From assembly GCA_963722075.1 (NCBI GenBank), contig CAVRJM010000001.1:160001-224000 (forward strand): a DNA stretch of 64,000 nucleotides. The letters run 5' to 3'. Shown here piece after piece: positions 41,553 through 53,574 of this stretch. Position numbers and translations under genes: made by a program. The stretch comes from Candidatus Babeliales bacterium. Its GTDB lineage: Bacteria; Babelota; Babeliae; Babelales; JANWKD01. Position 1 is the first letter of the stretch; each line of letters starts with the position of its first letter. The notes below the pieces were generated by a model. It had not been told where the DNA came from. It did no database searches and worked only from the letters and a program-made list of their open reading frames with translations.

Positions 41553-43335
41553 CGGTACCCTGCAGAAATCTAATAAGATCTTCAGAGGCATGAGGGGTAA
41601 TATAATCTGATGCAGTTCTTCCTTGGTGATCTTTCATCGTTTTATCAGCGCCATTATTAACGAGTAATATTACTGCATTAGTATTATTACGACCTACTAC
41701 TATCATAAGCGGGGTAATGCCTTGATTATCTGGTGAATTAATAAGTTTTGTAAGTTGGTGAGGGTAGGTCGTGTGTAGTAGCAATTTTAAGCAATCAAAA
41801 TTGTGTTTCGCGGCAAAATGGATAGCATTGCGTCCCTTATTATCAGTTAAAAATATATCGGCTTTAAAGTCGTGAATTAATGTTGATGCCACTGGAAATA
41901 GATTATGCTTAATGGCCTGATGTAAGGGTGTACGCCCTTTATTGTTTTTCTTATCAAGAAATGAACGATGTTGATCAACAAGCTTTTCTAGTAATTGAGG
42001 GCAATAAATTGCAAAGTGTATAATTGCATCACCTCTATTAGTGACATGAGTGGTATCGGAATTGGGTAATAATTTTAAAGATAACTCGCTATCATTATCA
42101 CGAAGTGCGTTCATGAGCGCGGTTTCACCAGTATCATCACATTGGTTGATGATATTTGGATAGCGGCATAATGTATCAATTGTGGTAGGATCTTTATGGC
42201 AGGTTGCGTACCATAAAACGGACCTTTTTTGAGAATCAAGGATGGCTGGATTAGCGCGTTTAGCAAGTAATCTATTAAAAGTTTCTGGAGAGATACCAGA
42301 TTTAACGCATAATTGTAATAAGGTACATTTTCGATTCTCACAAAAAAAATATATATCATACGCATCATTTATATGGGCCCACCAACTATCATCAACTAAA
42401 TGTATGTTGTTAGTTATAACAGCTAATAATAAAAATAACTTATTTTTTTGAGCAATGGTCAATTTCGGTGTGTCTGTTAGTAACTTATCATATGCTCCGT
42501 CTTCAACTTGTTCAACCAGTTCTTCATATGCTCCAATTCTAACGTGCCCCTGCGGAGCATGATAGTTTGTTGGTAATTCGGTGACTCTATCTTTAAATTG
42601 GATTTCCGCCTGCGCAACCATATAGTCCGTTGCTAATTCTGGAGCATGATTAAGTATTAGTTCTAATAAATGAGTATTACGATTAGTAGCATTTACTTTT
42701 TGCCATAAATATTTCTTGGTAATAATGTTAATTAATAAGCTTGCAAGTTTTTTACAATCATATATAAGCGCATTATGTAACGGGGTCATACCGTTCTTAT
42801 CTGGTGTTACTATATCTAAATATCCTGCATTGCGCGGTAATTTCTTGCGATCACAAAGTAGTAATAGTTCCGTTGCTACCTTAGGATCTCCATTACAAAT
42901 AAGCGCATTAAGGGGCGTTTGCCCAGCTGTATTAGTAGCTTCTAAATTACAGCGATAATTTTTTAATCTATTATGTAATGATGCTATGGTTCTTGATCGG
43001 TGAATAAAAAAATCCGGCTTACATTCGCCTGATTCTAAAAATGTAGCAAAGTCAACATGAGCTTTTAAGAGGCTCTCATAATCTTCATTTTGAAGTAATG
43101 GTTCAATTTCTTTATGGGTTAACTTTTTATTTTCCAGTGCATGTAATATGCCATCTATGGCTAAGGTAATTAAGGAAGGTAGCTGGTAGGTATCGTGTAA
43201 GGGTTCTACCGGTTCTAATATAGTAGGGTCAATATCCATTATAGTAGGATTAACATTCATTGTAGTATGTTCCATATCCATGGCGGCTATAATGCTCGTG
43301 CAAAAAAGTGAGAATAAAAGAATATTTTTTTTCAT
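41542..43335 (-). CDS. Secreted ankyrin-repeat protein
   Basis: GQTPL, GMTPLH, GETALM, GRTPLH, GITPLM repeats; signal ending IAA-MD. Confidence 0.92.
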   Translation of the reverse strand: MKKNILLFSLFCTSIIAAMDMEHTTMNVNPTIMDIDPTILEPVEPLHDTYQLPSLITLAIDGILHALENKKLTHKEIEPLLQNEDYESLLKAHVDFATFLESGECKPDFFIHRSRTIASLHNRLKNYRCNLEATNTAGQTPLNALICNGDPKVATELLLLCDRKKLPRNAGYLDIVTPDKNGMTPLHNALIYDCKKLASLLINIITKKYLWQKVNATNRNTHLLELILNHAPELATDYMVAQAEIQFKDRVTELPTNYHAPQGHVRIGAYEELVEQVEDGAYDKLLTDTPKLTIAQKNKLFLLLAVITNNIHLVDDSWWAHINDAYDIYFFCENRKCTLLQLCVKSGISPETFNRLLAKRANPAILDSQKRSVLWYATCHKDPTTIDTLCRYPNIINQCDDTGETALMNALRDNDSELSLKLLPNSDTTHVTNRGDAIIHFAIYCPQLLEKLVDQHRSFLDKKNNKGRTPLHQAIKHNLFPVASTLIHDFKADIFLTDNKGRNAIHFAAKHNFDCLKLLLHTTYPHQLTKLINSPDNQGITPLMIVVGRNNTNAVILLVNNGADKTMKDHQGRTASDYITPHASEDLIRFLQGTDES

Positions 43336-43486
43336 AAAAGGCCTTTTTATAATACATGATTAACAACAGCATAGTATCACATATTATTTCAATTAGCAAA
43401 TAATGCAAAAAGGTGGTTTTTACCAAGGCGTTATAGGAAAATACCTATTTTTAGGGTATACTAACTATGGTATGCTCAGTGCATAA

Positions 43487-45958
<2,472 letters not shown>

Positions 45959-45963
45959 CTTTT

Positions 45964-46165
45964 TGTCATCCCGATCCAACCTTCGCCTGAGAGATTTGGG
46001 CGGACATGGCTTGTGAATCAATCCATTAATAAAAATCCCCTGTCATCCCGATCCGCCGCCGCCAAAGGCTAAGGTGGGATAAAAGCGCTTGTCCCGTCGA
46101 AGTTGTTTACTCCGCCATAGCTTTTTTAGCTACGGCTGGATTAACGTAGACGGATGGGGATCCAT
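45964..46165. repeat. Nested REP-like palindromes
   Basis: Two tgtcatcccgatcc frames; second contains a hairpin inside a hairpin. Confidence 0.85.
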
Positions 46166-46240
46166 TAATTAATAAAGGCCATAGTTATGGTCATTCTAAA
46201 CAGAAGTAACCTAACAACCTACTAAAAAGAAGTTTAATAG

Positions 46241-46981
46241 ATGAAATATTTATTTATTAAAAAAATAATAAGCACCGTTATGATATCCATTTTTAGTGGG
46301 CTTTTATATAGTATGGATAGGCCAGATGATCTAGAGGGTGGATCTATTCAAGTAGATTTGGCCAATATTTCTTTATTTAGTCATATTTATAATGCAGATG
46401 AGGTCAGTGTACTTGATCGTGAAAGTTTAAAGGAAGATCTAGAGCAAAAAAAGCTGAAAACCGTTTCCATTCTTCTTGAAATGTGTTACAGATGTCGCGT
46501 TGATCTTTGTGACGGTGATTTATTCCAGAACAGCTTTTTTTTCCCACAATGGGCATGGGAAGAAGAATATCCGGAAGGCTTAATAAAAATACATGCCATT
46601 TGGCAGTTGCTACGAAGTGATTATGAAATACAACGCGATATCGGAAAAATTACATTTTTAAATCTTATCGAAAGTCTTAATTCTACTTCACAAGAAATAA
46701 TATTGAAACAATTAAATTCTTACAAAATGTCCAAAGAAAGACTTTTTATTAATGTGTGTCTAACGCTAATGCCTTTTTCTGTAATAGGATTAATTGGCTA
46801 TTACGAAAATGAAAACGATTTGTGGAAAAACAAATCTTTTAAATTAGTGATAGGGCTTGGGGGTGTTGCTGCTCTTTTATATGGCTCGATAAAAGTTGGC
46901 TGCTCAACTCAAGATTATAGGTGGTGGCAATCAGCCAAGCGGTTTCAGAAGGCAGTAGCTATCTGTGAACAATCTTCTTAG
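46241..46981 (+). CDS. Hypothetical secreted protein with two C-terminal TM helices; paralog of 48922-49611
   Basis: Signal ending LYS-MD; shared W..Y.P.G and WW...A..IC motifs. Confidence 0.7.
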   Translation: MKYLFIKKIISTVMISIFSGLLYSMDRPDDLEGGSIQVDLANISLFSHIYNADEVSVLDRESLKEDLEQKKLKTVSILLEMCYRCRVDLCDGDLFQNSFFFPQWAWEEEYPEGLIKIHAIWQLLRSDYEIQRDIGKITFLNLIESLNSTSQEIILKQLNSYKMSKERLFINVCLTLMPFSVIGLIGYYENENDLWKNKSFKLVIGLGGVAALLYGSIKVGCSTQDYRWWQSAKRFQKAVAICEQSS

Positions 46982-47101
46982 TTTCTTGAAAAAAGCACTT
47001 CTTGTAAATATTTTCAAATAGAAATATACAACATTCTATTGGTTGTAAATTCATAAAGTTTATGTATACTAAATAATACAAATATTAATAATGGAGTAAT
47101 A

Positions 47102-48364
47102 ATGCATTATAAAAAGCTTTTTTTATTATTCTTGTTGATTGGTATACCGTTAACAAGTAATGCTAGGCTTAAGACAGCATTGTTAAATTCGATCTTAACG
47201 AATAAATTTCATCGGCGGCTTGAGGATGTTGGCTTTGGGGGGACATGGGCTTTATTAGCAATGGGTGGTTTTCATGCAGCTGAAACAATGTGGTGGGATA
47301 AGAAACCACTTAGTAAACACAATCTTATACTACCGATTGCAGGAATTGTTACTATGATAGGAACGATGGGTTTATCTACTTATTTACAAATTAAATCAAG
47401 AAGTTGGAATCCCTTTCAAGAAGAGCTTAATGCCGCAACTAATAATTATGAGAATAAGAAAAAGGATCTTATCAAAAAACTATATGAAGTAGAGCTAAAT
47501 AAAGAAAAAGAAATAGTTGAGCGGTTGAATGAGTTAGAAACTGATTTAGATAAAAAAATAATAGAAGCACTAGATAATAACCATAATTATAAATCATTTT
47601 TCCTTTCCAGGAGCATGGGAACAGACCGATACCAAAACATACAAGAATTATTATTTAGTCGTAATCCACGGCCAAATATTCTTATTCATCTTTGTAGGTA
47701 TGGATTTAAACTCACCACTCACGAATTTCAAACAATACTGAATGAATGGCCCTTAACTGATGCTAACTATCTATTTAAAAAAATGAGTAAGTTAAAAAAA
47801 AATGGTCTTTACACACAAAATAAATGCAAAATTGTCGGATTGTCTGACTATTCTGATTGGTTGGAGCTCTGGGCAGATTATGCAAATAATTCAAATAACC
47901 TATATCGTAATATAAAACTTTTTGAACGGTTAAATAAGTATGGTACTTGTATGGATTTAACAGAAGTAGTTATTTATTGTGTTAGAAAAAACTATTTTAA
48001 TGTTATTGATTGTTTAAAAAAACAATTTGGTATTGATTTGAATAAAGGAAATAAATATGGGGAAACGCCACTTGAAACTGCTACTTTAGCTAATAATATA
48101 GTGATGGTTAAATACCTAATAGAGCAAGGTGCATCTGTGGTGAATGCGAAAACTAAAGGGTTATTATGGTTTGCTAAGAGATTTCCCGACCGCTTAATTT
48201 ATGATTATCTAAAAAGCAAATTGAGAGACCAACTAGTTGATAATTTTAAAATTATATTGGGCAATGGTTATACCAATAGATATGAATACAGAACTGGCTC
48301 TATTCCTACAGAATTGCCTGATGAACTTATACAACATATTGCCGACTATGCAGTAAAAAAATAA
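47102..48364 (+). CDS. Membrane protein with ankyrin repeats and C-terminal F-box-like motif
   Basis: Two TMs, coiled coil, GETPLETA...VKYLIEQGA, terminal LPDELIQHIADY. Confidence 0.75.
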   Translation: MHYKKLFLLFLLIGIPLTSNARLKTALLNSILTNKFHRRLEDVGFGGTWALLAMGGFHAAETMWWDKKPLSKHNLILPIAGIVTMIGTMGLSTYLQIKSRSWNPFQEELNAATNNYENKKKDLIKKLYEVELNKEKEIVERLNELETDLDKKIIEALDNNHNYKSFFLSRSMGTDRYQNIQELLFSRNPRPNILIHLCRYGFKLTTHEFQTILNEWPLTDANYLFKKMSKLKKNGLYTQNKCKIVGLSDYSDWLELWADYANNSNNLYRNIKLFERLNKYGTCMDLTEVVIYCVRKNYFNVIDCLKKQFGIDLNKGNKYGETPLETATLANNIVMVKYLIEQGASVVNAKTKGLLWFAKRFPDRLIYDYLKSKLRDQLVDNFKIILGNGYTNRYEYRTGSIPTELPDELIQHIADYAVKK

Positions 48365-48395
48365 ATTGATGAATACTTAAAATGAGGAAATCAAA

Positions 48396-48902
48396 ATGGA
48401 ATTATATAAAAAATTGATATTGCTTATGGGTATTATAGTGGTAATGCCTTGTGTATTTGCAATGGAGCATGAAGATGACCCAGAATTAGCGGAAGCAATG
48501 AAGCGGTCATTACTTGGGCAAAATCAATACCTGCCAAGTGCGCCCCCAATGCATGGAGTTCAAAATAGTGAAATAGCAGATCGAAATTTAGCAATAGAAC
48601 TTACCTACTCATGGAATAATTCTGAAGGCAATGGAAAAGAAAGAACGGGTAATGATGATTCTCAAAATTATGCAGGTTCTTCACGTTCACGTGGTACAAA
48701 TAGACCGGTTGATTCCACTAATTTTAATTTTGCTGCCCGTCATGCTGCACTTACCGAGTTTAAAAACAAACCATGTAATAATTGTTTTTATAGGCAAAAT
48801 CTACCTTGGTACAAAAAATATTTTCTTCCACTTATTAGTAGTGCAGCACTTTTTGGTGCGGGTAGTTTATTTACCTACGCATTGATGAAGTGGACTCGAT
48901 AA
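48396..48902 (+). CDS. Secreted tail-anchored protein with UIM-like and PSAP motifs
   Basis: EDDPELAEAMKRSL, LPSAPP, C-terminal TM. Confidence 0.7.
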   Translation: MELYKKLILLMGIIVVMPCVFAMEHEDDPELAEAMKRSLLGQNQYLPSAPPMHGVQNSEIADRNLAIELTYSWNNSEGNGKERTGNDDSQNYAGSSRSRGTNRPVDSTNFNFAARHAALTEFKNKPCNNCFYRQNLPWYKKYFLPLISSAALFGAGSLFTYALMKWTR

Positions 48903-48921
48903 TGATTCTCCTTCAGTAATA

Positions 48922-49611
48922 ATGGTTTTTATGAAGAAGTATATTTCTTATCTACTTTTTGCTTTTTCTATTTTAAGTTTATTTATGAGTACTGCTTCAT
49001 TACTGCATGCTATGGATAGTGATTCAGAATGGTGGCAAGAAAATGAAAAGCAACAAGCAATTATCACGCTGGTAAGTACCATAGCAAAAATGGGATATAT
49101 TTATCAAAAATTAGATATTCAAAATATCGAATTTCCCGTTTACATACCGGAGGTTACCGGAAGATATGATTTATGGTGTAATAATTATGATTCTCCTAAT
49201 CCTTTTGAGAATTCTCATTGGGATAAATACTGTCCTGGTGGGTATGATCAATGTTCTGCTGCAGTAGATCAATTAAAGAAACGTTTACCAGAAAATACAT
49301 TACTTTCTCTTATTGCAAAACTAACGCCATTAAATAAAAAAATACTCTTGAAGGATTTGCAACAATATAATCCAAACCCTTCTTTATATTGGCGTATTGC
49401 AGGTACAAGTGCATCGGCAGTGTTGTCGGTAGGTAGTGCGGCTCTTACGTATACATTTCCTGATTTAAAATATGCTGGTATTGCTGGCATGGTGCTGGGT
49501 GGAATTGGTACTTTAGTAGGAGCATGTTTTGTAAAAACTAGTTTTAGTGAGCGGCAATGGTGGCGGCGATGTCCTAATTGCCATGAAGCAATTAGACTTT
49601 GCAAAGAATAG
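48922..49611 (+). CDS. Hypothetical secreted protein with two C-terminal TM helices
   Basis: Signal ending LHA-MD; paralog of 46241-46981. Confidence 0.7.
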   Translation: MVFMKKYISYLLFAFSILSLFMSTASLLHAMDSDSEWWQENEKQQAIITLVSTIAKMGYIYQKLDIQNIEFPVYIPEVTGRYDLWCNNYDSPNPFENSHWDKYCPGGYDQCSAAVDQLKKRLPENTLLSLIAKLTPLNKKILLKDLQQYNPNPSLYWRIAGTSASAVLSVGSAALTYTFPDLKYAGIAGMVLGGIGTLVGACFVKTSFSERQWWRRCPNCHEAIRLCKE

Positions 49612-49720
49612 TAAAAACAATCTCAATGGTTTCAAAACTTCGATGGTATTCTTGACGTAAGTAAAACCTTTTATAAAACAACCCAGTCTATTAAGAAAAA
49701 AATGACAGCTATGGTAATAC

Positions 49721-50330
49721 CGTCATTCCGCTATGCCATTGCCAGGATTATGGCAGAATAAAAGCGCTTGTTTCGTCTAAGCTTTAGCGAAGACGGATAG
49801 GGAATTGAATTGCATCAGCCGTAGCTGGCAAAGCGAAGGCTGGAAACAATGGATAAAATTAAATGACCTTAAAGCAAAACCCGTTGAAGGGTCTGCAGCA
49901 CATCGTTAGATGTGCGAGGGCCCGCCTTTTTTGCGATCAAAGAGAGATACATAAGAGATTCTTCTCTTATGTGCCCTTGTATTGAAAATATTGGGCAAGC
50001 AATATTTTCATACCCGGCCGGTATTAGGCCAATTGAGAAATTGGATTAAAATTTTATTGCTGGATTGCTTCGACAAGCTCGCAACGACAATGGCGATTTT
50101 ATTACCCAATTGCTTTGACAAGCCATGTCCGCCGAAGTTATTCGAGCGAAGGATCGATCGCAACGACAAGAGGTTCTATTTCTTAATGGATTCCCATCGT
50201 CTCTGCTAAAGCTTCGACGTGACAAGCGCATCCCGCCATAGCTGTTTACTCCGCCATAGCTTTCTTTACTTAGTATTAAAGCTTTTAGAAAGCGACGGCT
50301 GGATTGGCGGCGGCGAATCAGGATGACAAA
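49721..50330. repeat. Large non-coding cluster of REP-like palindromes and other hairpins
   Basis: cgtcattccg..; cagccgtagc..gcgaaggctgg; ctggattgcttcgacaagctcgcaacgac; nested ccgccatagc hairpins. Confidence 0.85.
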
Positions 50331-50478
50331 GGTGATTTTGTTGCTTTTTATACCTTTGTTATCTTTCTCAATTTAAAAATAAGTCTTAATAAAATAGTTG
50401 GCAAGATAAAAAATTGCATTAGCCCAATGAGCCATGGTAAAATAATTCTCAAAAATCTTTTTACCATTGCATTAGCTC

Positions 50479-51390
50479 ATGAATGAAAAAAATATAAACG
50501 CTCCTGCTCAATTATTAATTGTAACCGGCTATTCTGGTGCGGGCAAAAGTACTGTTTTGCGTGCCTTAGAAGATATCGGTTTTTTTTGTGTTGATAATTT
50601 ACCCATTCCGTTACTCACCTCATTTTTTCAACTCATTGCTCAGTCAACCATGATGGGGCAAAAAATTGCGCTCGGCATTGATATTCGTAGCGGTCAAAAT
50701 ATGCAAGATTTGATCACCAAATTACAAGAACCAATTGCCAATCAATATTTGGTGAAAATATTCTTTTTAACCGCTAGTTTGCAGGTGCTGGTGAAACGCT
50801 ACCAAGAAACACGGCGCAAGCATCCATTGAGCACTACCATGAGTCTTGAAGAAGCGATTAAAAACGAACAAGAATTATTATATCCACTTATGCAATTAGC
50901 TGATTTGGTATTGGATACTGATCAATTAACCATTCATCATCTGCGTAAATTTGTGCGTGGATCATTTGCTGAATCGGGGCAATCGCAATTGGTGGTGAAT
51001 CTTATTTCATTTGGTTTTAAATATGGCATTCCCACCGAAAGCAATTATATTTATGATGTACGTTCGTTACCCAATCCCTATTTTGTGTCACATTTGCGTC
51101 CCTTAGATGGCACCTCTACTGAAATACGTAATTATTTATTTGCGCAGCCAGAAGTGCAAGATTATTGGCATCGCTTAAAAGAGTTTATTAATTTTTCAAT
51201 TCAAAAATCGTATGATGAAGGGCGCTTTTTTACTAATATAGCAATTGGCTGTACCGGCGGGCGTCATCGTTCGGTTGCATTAGTGCATGAGCTTGCTAGC
51301 ATACCGATGGAACAAGTTCATTACGTGGTAAAGCATCGTGATATTATGCAATATGCAACAGAAAACCAAATGACAGGAGGGTTTTATTAA
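50479..51390 (+). CDS. rapZ: RNase adapter RapZ/YvcJ P-loop protein
   Basis: TGYSGAGKS, CVDNLP, ETRRKHPL, SFGFKYG, LPNPYF, GCTGGRHRSV. Confidence 0.95.
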   Translation: MNEKNINAPAQLLIVTGYSGAGKSTVLRALEDIGFFCVDNLPIPLLTSFFQLIAQSTMMGQKIALGIDIRSGQNMQDLITKLQEPIANQYLVKIFFLTASLQVLVKRYQETRRKHPLSTTMSLEEAIKNEQELLYPLMQLADLVLDTDQLTIHHLRKFVRGSFAESGQSQLVVNLISFGFKYGIPTESNYIYDVRSLPNPYFVSHLRPLDGTSTEIRNYLFAQPEVQDYWHRLKEFINFSIQKSYDEGRFFTNIAIGCTGGRHRSVALVHELASIPMEQVHYVVKHRDIMQYATENQMTGGFY

Positions 51391-51432
51391 TGGATTCCCA
51401 CACTTCGTTCGGAATGACCGATAGGAATAATA

Positions 51433-51711
51433 ATGAAGTATAAAAAAATGGTATTACCCCTCATATTAGTAGCGGAAATTATTTTATTTTTTGGTAATTT
51501 TTTAATAGCAGAAAACGGCTTGCGTGCTATTAATGGATTAAAAAATGAAAACGCGCAATTAGGCGCTCATATTGATGCGCTTAAAAAAGAGCTTTTTGAT
51601 TTAGAAGAAGAAATTTTGTTACGGCACAAATATCCTTTTTATAAAGAAAAAATAGCACGCGAACAGCTGCATATGGCAAAAAAGAATGAAACTATTTGTT
51701 ACCTTAATTAA
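51433..51711 (+). CDS. Septum formation initiator (FtsB/DivIC family)
   Basis: TM, coiled coil, EKIAREQLHMAKKNE. Confidence 0.8.
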   Translation: MKYKKMVLPLILVAEIILFFGNFLIAENGLRAINGLKNENAQLGAHIDALKKELFDLEEEILLRHKYPFYKEKIAREQLHMAKKNETICYLN

Positions 51712-51716
51712 GGAGA

Positions 51717-52328
51717 ATGATGGTATATACGTTGGCTCCCTTACCATACCCCTATAATGCACTTGAACCATATATCGATACTAAAACGATGGAATTGCAT
51801 CATGATAAGCATCAACAAGCTTACATTGATGGCTTAAATAAAGCGCTCGAAAATCATCCTGAAATACAAAATACCCCGCTTGTTGAATTGATTAGACATC
51901 TTGATAAGGTGCCCCAAGATATACGCACTGACGTGCAAAATAATGGTGGCGGTGAATTGAATCATTCAATGTTTTGGTTGATGCTCAAAGTAAATAATGA
52001 TACAGAACCAAAAGGAGTTATTGCGCAAGAAATAAAAAAAAAGTTTGGCTCTTTTGCAGCATTTCAAATGGAGTTTGAGCAGAGTGCAAAAAAACGATTT
52101 GGTAGCGGCTGGGCATGGTTGTGTGTTGATAAGAAAGGTGATTTGATGATTACTTCAACTGCCAATCAAGATAATCCCTTATCACAAGGACATATGCCTA
52201 TTTTAGGATTAGATGTATGGGAACATGCCTATTATTTAAAATATAATAATAGACGCCCTGATTATATTAAGGCATGGTGGCATGTAGTTAATTGGGATGA
52301 AGTAGAACAAAATTATAAAAAAATATGA
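51717..52328 (+). CDS. sodA: Mn/Fe superoxide dismutase
   Basis: ALEPYID, HHDKH, NNGGG..NH, FGSGWAWL, NQDNP, DVWEHAYY. Confidence 0.92.
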   Translation: MMVYTLAPLPYPYNALEPYIDTKTMELHHDKHQQAYIDGLNKALENHPEIQNTPLVELIRHLDKVPQDIRTDVQNNGGGELNHSMFWLMLKVNNDTEPKGVIAQEIKKKFGSFAAFQMEFEQSAKKRFGSGWAWLCVDKKGDLMITSTANQDNPLSQGHMPILGLDVWEHAYYLKYNNRRPDYIKAWWHVVNWDEVEQNYKKI

Positions 52329-52341
52329 AAGGAACAAAGTA

Positions 52342-52713
52342 ATGAACGTTAAATTTTTTTCTTTAGTAGTGGTAACTCTTTTATTGAGCACTGTTTGTTT
52401 GAAAGCAAATATATTTAATGATCTAGATCGTTCTACCAATACGGTAATAAGTCACCCGTATTATAATCATGTTCTTAATACTTGTGTTGGTATTTGGACT
52501 TTTTCATTATTAAAGGAACTTTTGGTTCCTAATTTACATCATAACGATACTGAAACTACGGTTGCTACCTTATGTTCACTTGGTGGTGCTTGTGGTGCTT
52601 CATATCTTGCACAGAAGTATCCTGGCTATGCCACAGTAACGTGTGTAGTCTATGGCCTTTACTGTTTTTTACATAAACATCATCGCACCATAAAAAGACA
52701 TATGAGGTTATAA
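52342..52713 (+). CDS. Hypothetical membrane protein
   Basis: AGGA before the start, signal peptide, hydrophobic segments. Confidence 0.55.
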   Translation: MNVKFFSLVVVTLLLSTVCLKANIFNDLDRSTNTVISHPYYNHVLNTCVGIWTFSLLKELLVPNLHHNDTETTVATLCSLGGACGASYLAQKYPGYATVTCVVYGLYCFLHKHHRTIKRHMRL

Positions 52714-52721
52714 AAGATAAA

Positions 52722-52743
52722 AGGGAACGATAATTCGTTCCCT
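52722..52743. terminator. Bidirectional hairpin terminator
   Basis: agggaacga-taat-tcgttccct between convergent genes. Confidence 0.65.
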
Positions 52744-52774
52744 CATTATTTTCTTTGTTACAAAAAGTAATATT

Positions 52775-53363
52775 TTATTGAGCTGTTGGTGCAACGTCGC
52801 TGGTAGCGGAAGTTTGAATATACATCATATTACCACTATTATCATATACCGGTGTTTGTGGCATAAATACTTGTGGCATCTTAAATCCAGTTACTATTTG
52901 ATACAACAAACTTTGAATGAACTGTTTAGCATTTGGTGTTTCAGTTGAAATTTGTGTTTTAACTACAGGACCAAATATTTGTATAAAGACTTCGTTATCT
53001 TTTATTACAATCTGCCCTATAATCATTTTTTACGCTATTATAAATACCGTTTAAAGCACCTAAAGGAGGAAGCCCTCCCATTCCATATTTTTTAGTGCCT
53101 CCTCGAGCATATGAATTTAATGCATGTACTAAGCCACGAAGTTCATCAACAGTTACCGTACTCAGTGGATTTGTTAGATTCATAAATGGTATTTTGACTT
53201 TTTCAAACGTCGTATTAGCTGTTGTTGTGATATCTTGTATTGCGCTATTTATTTCTTTTTGTATTTTAGCTTTATTATAAAGCCCCTGGCCGCCAATGCG
53301 CGTTGCAGCAAAAGATGCCATTGGCACTAAAGCCAATAAAACTATATATATAACTTTCTTCAT
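52775..53363 (-). pseudogene. Hypothetical secreted protein apparently split at an A6 run (ORFs 52995-53363 and 52775-53026)
   Basis: Removing one A at 53016-53021 fuses ...GIYNSVK-MIIGQIVIKD... Confidence 0.5.
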
Positions 53364-53574
53364 GAAAACTCCTTTTAAGTGATTTATAGGTAAAACTGTG
53401 CCAAAAATGGCTCCTATTCTTAAGAATAACTCATTATAGAGGGGAATAGCAATATTTTCAAATAGAAAATAAAATCAGGCGATTGCTTGTAAATAAGGGC
53501 GGGGGCCCTTTTAAAAATAATTATATTTGTTATTATTATAATAGTAATATTTAATTAGTAACGAGAGGAATTGT

